In this document: positions 59,969 through 64,000 of the stretch, one piece after another
Numbering within the stretch: position 1 is the first letter of the stretch
How the letters are laid out: each line of letters starts with the position of its first letter
Assembly (NCBI GenBank): GCA_963716745.1
Contig: OY970320.1
Span: 1,696,001-1,760,000, forward strand
Direction of reading: 5' to 3'
Source: an uncultured Gemmatimonadaceae bacterium
GTDB lineage: Bacteria > Gemmatimonadota > Gemmatimonadetes > Gemmatimonadales > Gemmatimonadaceae
DNA: 64,000 nt
Notes under the pieces: generated by a model
Seen by the model: the letters and a program-made list of their open reading frames with translations, nothing else
What the model was told of the DNA's origin: nothing
Database searches by the model: none
Program-made: the position numbers and the translations under genes

Positions 59969-60949
59969 CTAGATCTCCCGGATGTCCGACGCGCGGCGCT
60001 TCGGCGGCGCGCGCCGCTGCGCTTCGTACGCCGCGATCACCGTGTGCGCCGCCTCGGCCGGTTCGTCAGTCATCAGCATGAGGTCCAGATCGCCAGCTGA
60101 GATCTTCTTCTCCAGCAACACGCGCGACTGGAGCCAGCGGATGAGTCCCGCCCAGTAGCGCCGGCCGAAGAGAACCACCGGGAACTGGTAGATCTTTCCC
60201 GTCTGGATGAGCGTGAGCGCTTCGAACAGCTCGTCGAGCGTGCCGAATCCGCCCGGGAAGATGATGAACGCCGATGAGTATTTCACGAACATCGTCTTGC
60301 GCACGAAGAAATAGCGGAAGTTGATGAGCGTGTCGACGTACGGATTCGCGCCCTGCTCGAACGGGAGCTCAATATTGCAGCCGATCGAGCGGCCGTTGCC
60401 GAGCCGCGCGCCCTTGTTCGCGGCTTCCATGATGCCCGGACCGGCGCCGGTGATGATCGAGAATCCCGCGAGGGCGAGCAGCCGCGCCGTCTCCTGCGCC
60501 GCAGCGTACGCGGGATCGTCCGGACCGGTGCGCGCGGAGCCGAAGATGCTCACGCCTTTCTCGATGCCGGCGAGCGTGTCGAAGCCTTCAATGAACTCCG
60601 ACATGATGCGCATGACCCGCCAGGGGTCCGTGCGCGTGAAGTCCGGGCCCGGCGTCGTGGTCGCGAGGAGCTTCTCGTCCTCGGTGACGGGCGGCGGCAG
60701 GTAATCGCGGATCGAATCGTCGATGTGCCGCTCGGGCTCCTCGAGCTTCACCGCGCCGGCCTGGCGCATGTCGGAGATCTGCGACGGTGGCGTGCGGCCC
60801 GCCTTGATGTGTCCCGTCTCCGTGCGCTCGCGCAGCCCCGCGCGCGCCTCCTGCTCGGCGGTGGCGATGTGTTTCACGTCGGCCTTCTTGCCCATCGCCG
60901 TCACGACACGGCTCACGCGCGGCTTGGGAGCGCTCTTCTTCTTCGCCAT
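59969..60949 (-). CDS. LOG-family (TIGR00730-type) nucleotide phosphoribohydrolase-like protein with long N-terminal extension
   Basis: WRVMRI..EF, FGSAR, TGAGPGIMEAAN, FFVRK and PGGFGTLDE. Confidence 0.92.
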   Translation of the reverse strand: MAKKKSAPKPRVSRVVTAMGKKADVKHIATAEQEARAGLRERTETGHIKAGRTPPSQISDMRQAGAVKLEEPERHIDDSIRDYLPPPVTEDEKLLATTTPGPDFTRTDPWRVMRIMSEFIEGFDTLAGIEKGVSIFGSARTGPDDPAYAAAQETARLLALAGFSIITGAGPGIMEAANKGARLGNGRSIGCNIELPFEQGANPYVDTLINFRYFFVRKTMFVKYSSAFIIFPGGFGTLDELFEALTLIQTGKIYQFPVVLFGRRYWAGLIRWLQSRVLLEKKISAGDLDLMLMTDEPAEAAHTVIAAYEAQRRAPPKRRASDIREI

Positions 60950-60963
60950 GATGGTGTGGAAAG

Positions 60964-61200
60964 CTAAGGAGCGCGTGCCCGCGCCGCGAGCGGCGGGATC
61001 GAGAAGAGGGCCCAGATCCCTTCGAGCGCGATGAACCCGGCGCGCCGGTCGTGCACCGCCACCCAGAGCAGGAAGAGCGATCCCACGAGGTTCAGCGCGT
61101 TGAACCACACGCTGCGCCGGTCGAGGCGGCCGGTCTGCAGTCCGGCGAATCCGACGAGCACGATGGCCGCGCCCGCGAGCGACAAGAGTTGATAGAGCAC
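60964..61200 (-). CDS. Small 3-TM membrane protein (CBU_0592-like)
   Basis: G...VL..F...Q.G....NALNLVGS.......FI.LE.IW pattern with a GTG start. Confidence 0.7.
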   Translation of the reverse strand: MLYQLLSLAGAAIVLVGFAGLQTGRLDRRSVWFNALNLVGSLFLLWVAVHDRRAGFIALEGIWALFSIPPLAARARAP

Positions 61201-61222
61201 CGCGCACCCGCAAGATTGAGGT

Positions 61223-61486
61223 ATGTCCGACGCGCGAACGACCTGGACCCGCTCCCTGCTCACCGTCGCCGGCCGCGCGATCGTGAGCCCGCGGCTCGCG
61301 AGCGACCTCGTGCGCACCGGCTGGCGCTTCCGCCGCCGCGGCTGGTGGCACCGGGCGCCGTTCCTTCCGCTTCCCGCGCGCGAGTACCTGCGCTGGCGCA
61401 CGTACACGGCGTATGGCGACGCGGACGCGATCCCTTCCGCCGACGACATCATCCGCTACGCGCGCTGGGCCGTTCGCTCGCCGTGA
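61223..61486 (+). CDS. Conserved-looking hypothetical protein
   Basis: Motif-like GWW.R.PFLPLP..EYL.WR..TAYG, with a GTGA overlap to the queG start. Confidence 0.75.
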   Translation: MSDARTTWTRSLLTVAGRAIVSPRLASDLVRTGWRFRRRGWWHRAPFLPLPAREYLRWRTYTAYGDADAIPSADDIIRYARWAVRSP

Positions 61487-62513
61487 CGCCCCTCGAGACC
61501 CGGATCAAGGCGCACGCCTACGGGCTCGGCTTCGACCTCTGCGGCATCGCGGCGCTCGGCCCCGCGCCCACGGCCGATCACTTCGATCGCTGGCTCGCGC
61601 GCGGCTATGCGGGAGAGATGTACTATCTGAAACGTTGGGCCGACAGGCGCCACGATACGCGGCGCCCCGCGCGCGGGATGCGCTCGGCCGATCGTGGTAA
61701 CGTTGGACTACGGCGGCCGCTCGCCTGCCGGACCGATCGCCCGCTACGCGCGCGGCCGCGACTACCACGCCGTCATGCGCGAGAAGCTGCGCGAACTGCG
61801 GCACCTCATCGCGGCCGAGGCCCAGCGCCCGGTGAAGATGAAGGCCTACTCCGACACCGCGCCTATTCTCGAGCGCGATCTCGCGCGACAGGCTGGCATC
61901 GGCTGGTTCGGCAAGAACACCATGATGATCAATCCGAAGAGAGGCAGCTTCTTCGTGATCGGCACCGTGCTCACCGATCTCGCGCTCACGGCCGATGCGC
62001 CGTTCGAGTCCGATCATTGCGGCACGTGCACGCGCTGCCTCGACGCCTGCCCCACGAATGCGTTCCCGGAGCCGCGCGTGCTCGATGCCACGCGTTGCAT
62101 CTCCGTATCTCACGATCGAGCAGCGCGGGCCGATCCCGGAGACGCTGCGCGATGCGGTGGGCGAGCGCGCGTTCGGGTGCGACGTGTGCCAGGATGTGTG
62201 TCCGTGGAACGAGCGGTTCGCGAGCGCGGGCGGCGATCCGAGCGTGGCCGCGCGCGCCGCGAACGTCGCGCCGGATCTCGAAGCGCTACTCGCGCTCGAC
62301 GAGATCGAGTTCCGCGAACGATTCGGCGACAGTGCGGTCTCGCGCACGGCGCGGCGCGGGCTCGCCCGGAACGCCGCCGTCGCGCTGGGGAATCGCGGCG
62401 GCGCCGCGGCGCGACGGGCGCTCGAACGTGCCGCGCGAGAGGACCCCGAACCGCTCGTGCGCGCGCACGCCGCCTGGGCCCTCGAACGCGACCGGTCCCG
62501 GGTGGAACGATGA
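61483..62513 (+). CDS. queG: Epoxyqueuosine reductase
   Basis: GFDLCGI, GYAGEM.YL, IARYA.G.DYH, DTAPILER, CGTCTRCLDACPT, FGCDVCQDVCPWN and a HEAT-like tail. There are two +1 errors, near 61689 and 62104. Confidence 0.92.
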
Positions 62514-62546
62514 ACGCCTCTCGCTCGTCAGAATGAATGGCGGGGT

Positions 62547-63440
62547 ATGTCCCGCCTGGACCCGATCTCAGACTTCTTCGAGCGCATCATGAAGATCAGC
62601 ACAGCGCTGCCGTTGATACTGGTGCTCCCGATCATCGGATTCGTGGGCTATCAGGCGGTGACACAATTCCAGGAGTCGGAAGCCGAGAAGGCGGCCGCCG
62701 CGAAGGCGAGCGCCCCTTTGCTCGACGACTCCGCAGCCGCCGCACAGGCGGCCGCCGCCGATCCGGGTCCGCCGCAGCCCGAAAGTCCCGGCCCCGTCGT
62801 CGTCTCGTCGCAGGCCGCGGCAGCGATCGCGCAGACCAACTCGGACGCCGGAACGACGGTGGGCCGGGATGTCGCCGACGTGCGGCGCCGTGTGATGCTC
62901 GGCTCGAAAGGCACCTACATCGATGAGATCCTCGCGGTGAGCGACTCCGGTCTCGCGCGCTGGCCCGACCGCCTGGACAATCCGCTCCGCGTCTGGGTCG
63001 CCGACGGGAAGGGGATCCCGGGATGGGACCCGCGTTATCCCGATCAGGTGCGCGAGGCGTTTGACACGTGGGCGCTCACCGGTCTGCCGATGCGGTTCAC
63101 CTATGTGCGCGACAGCGTCGACGCCGACGTCGTGGTGGGCTGGCTCGAGAAGTTCGACACGCAGATCACGGGCCGCACGCTCTGGTCGCGCGACCGCAAC
63201 TGGTGGATCGTGAACGGGAGCATCATGCTCGCGCTGCATCACACGGGCGGCGAGGCGCTGGACGAGAAGGCGATCCACGCGATCGCGCTGCACGAGGTGG
63301 GGCACCTGCTGGGCCTCAACCACAGCGCCGACACGATGAACATCATGACCGCGCGCGTGCGCGTGCGGGAGCTGTCGGACGCCGATCGCGCGACGATGAA
63401 GCTGCTCTACTCGCTGCCGCCGGGCTCGCTCAAGAACTGA
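62547..63440 (+). CDS. Membrane-anchored matrixin-like (M10) metalloprotease
   Basis: N-terminal TM, the metzincin motif HEVGHLLGLNHS and a Met-turn (NIM). Confidence 0.88.
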   Translation: MSRLDPISDFFERIMKISTALPLILVLPIIGFVGYQAVTQFQESEAEKAAAAKASAPLLDDSAAAAQAAAADPGPPQPESPGPVVVSSQAAAAIAQTNSDAGTTVGRDVADVRRRVMLGSKGTYIDEILAVSDSGLARWPDRLDNPLRVWVADGKGIPGWDPRYPDQVREAFDTWALTGLPMRFTYVRDSVDADVVVGWLEKFDTQITGRTLWSRDRNWWIVNGSIMLALHHTGGEALDEKAIHAIALHEVGHLLGLNHSADTMNIMTARVRVRELSDADRATMKLLYSLPPGSLKN

Positions 63441-63446
63441 GCGGCG

Positions 63447-63998
63447 TCACAGCTTCAGCGTCACCGTCTGCTTCTTCTTCTGGCGCACGATGTCGAGCGT
63501 GAGGCTCGCGTCGCGCGCGCGCCGCACGAGCTGCGAGAATTGCCCCGGGCTCGAAAGGGTCGTGCCGTTCGCGCGCGTGATCACGTCGCCGTCGCGCAAG
63601 CCGGCCCGCGCCGCCGGCGTGCCCTGCAGAACGCTCAGCACGAGCAGCCCTGAATCGACTCCGAAATAATCCTTGAGCGCGGCGAACTGCTGCACGTGCG
63701 CGCCGGCGACGGTGAGGTTGTCGTACGAGAAGCTGTACGACATGCCCATCCCCTTCGCCATCGGCGCCGGCCACGGCCGCGGCGGCAGCGGCGTGTAGGC
63801 CGACGGACTCTCCGGCGGCTCCGGCGCCTCCGGCGCCTCGCCGGGCGCGTCAGGCATGACGGTAATATCGGCAGGCGGTGCCCACGAGCCGGGGCGGCGC
63901 TCCACGAGCACCGTGCGATCGACCGTAACTTTGCCGCGCTTCAGTCTCAGCGTCAGCTTGTTGCCGGGTCGCAACAGCTCCTGGAAGCTCGGCGTGCC
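63447..63998 (-). CDS. PDZ-domain protein, 5'-truncated by the window edge
   Basis: GLLVLSV..GTPAARAGLRDGDVITRANG, preceded by a Pro-rich linker and the tail of another PDZ-like domain. The frame is open to the edge. Confidence 0.8.
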   Translation of the reverse strand, partial: GTPSFQELLRPGNKLTLRLKRGKVTVDRTVLVERRPGSWAPPADITVMPDAPGEAPEAPEPPESPSAYTPLPPRPWPAPMAKGMGMSYSFSYDNLTVAGAHVQQFAALKDYFGVDSGLLVLSVLQGTPAARAGLRDGDVITRANGTTLSSPGQFSQLVRRARDASLTLDIVRQKKKQTVTLKL

Positions 63999-64000
63999 CT

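Noticed and set aside
61483..62513. queG pseudogene
   Set aside because: All motifs are intact across three frames, and both breaks are single extra C bases, consistent with sequencing error. Not provable without reads.
1..64000. Prophage, IS element, integron or defence island
   Set aside because: No integrase, transposase, phage structural or recognisable defence genes, and coding composition is broadly uniform.

Overview
This is a GC-rich bacterial chromosomal segment with about 45 protein-coding genes. Gene content and protein style suggest Gemmatimonadota, which is an inference. Housekeeping and metabolic genes include lon, a class A PBP, nadE, a fused 2-oxoacid dehydrogenase E1, rsgA, proline dehydrogenase, fadIJ, glpD, greA, queG and csaA. 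The window also holds many exported peptidases, three membrane Ser/Thr kinases, an ECF sigma/zinc anti-sigma pair, an orphan chemoreceptor and a ~1920-aa Ig-like lipoprotein. I found no rRNA, tRNA, CRISPR array, transposase or integrase. About ten genes carry single-base frameshifts that look like long-read consensus errors. The most striking unexplained signal is non-coding: 13 intergenic elements, mostly long palindromes plus three half-copies, most with arms built from 7-nt or 9-nt periodic units. They fall into several sequence families and often start exactly at stop codons, in two cases enclosing the stops of both flanking genes. One abuts a stand-alone HNH endonuclease gene, and a local G/C skew flips across them. 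Other points of interest are a translationally coupled pair of kinase-2TM-coiled-coil paralogues, an amidohydrolase-TonB C-terminal fusion, a VIT-VWA-PDZ protein with a TonB-box-like N-terminus, and a terminator in the greA leader. All counts and alignments were done by eye.
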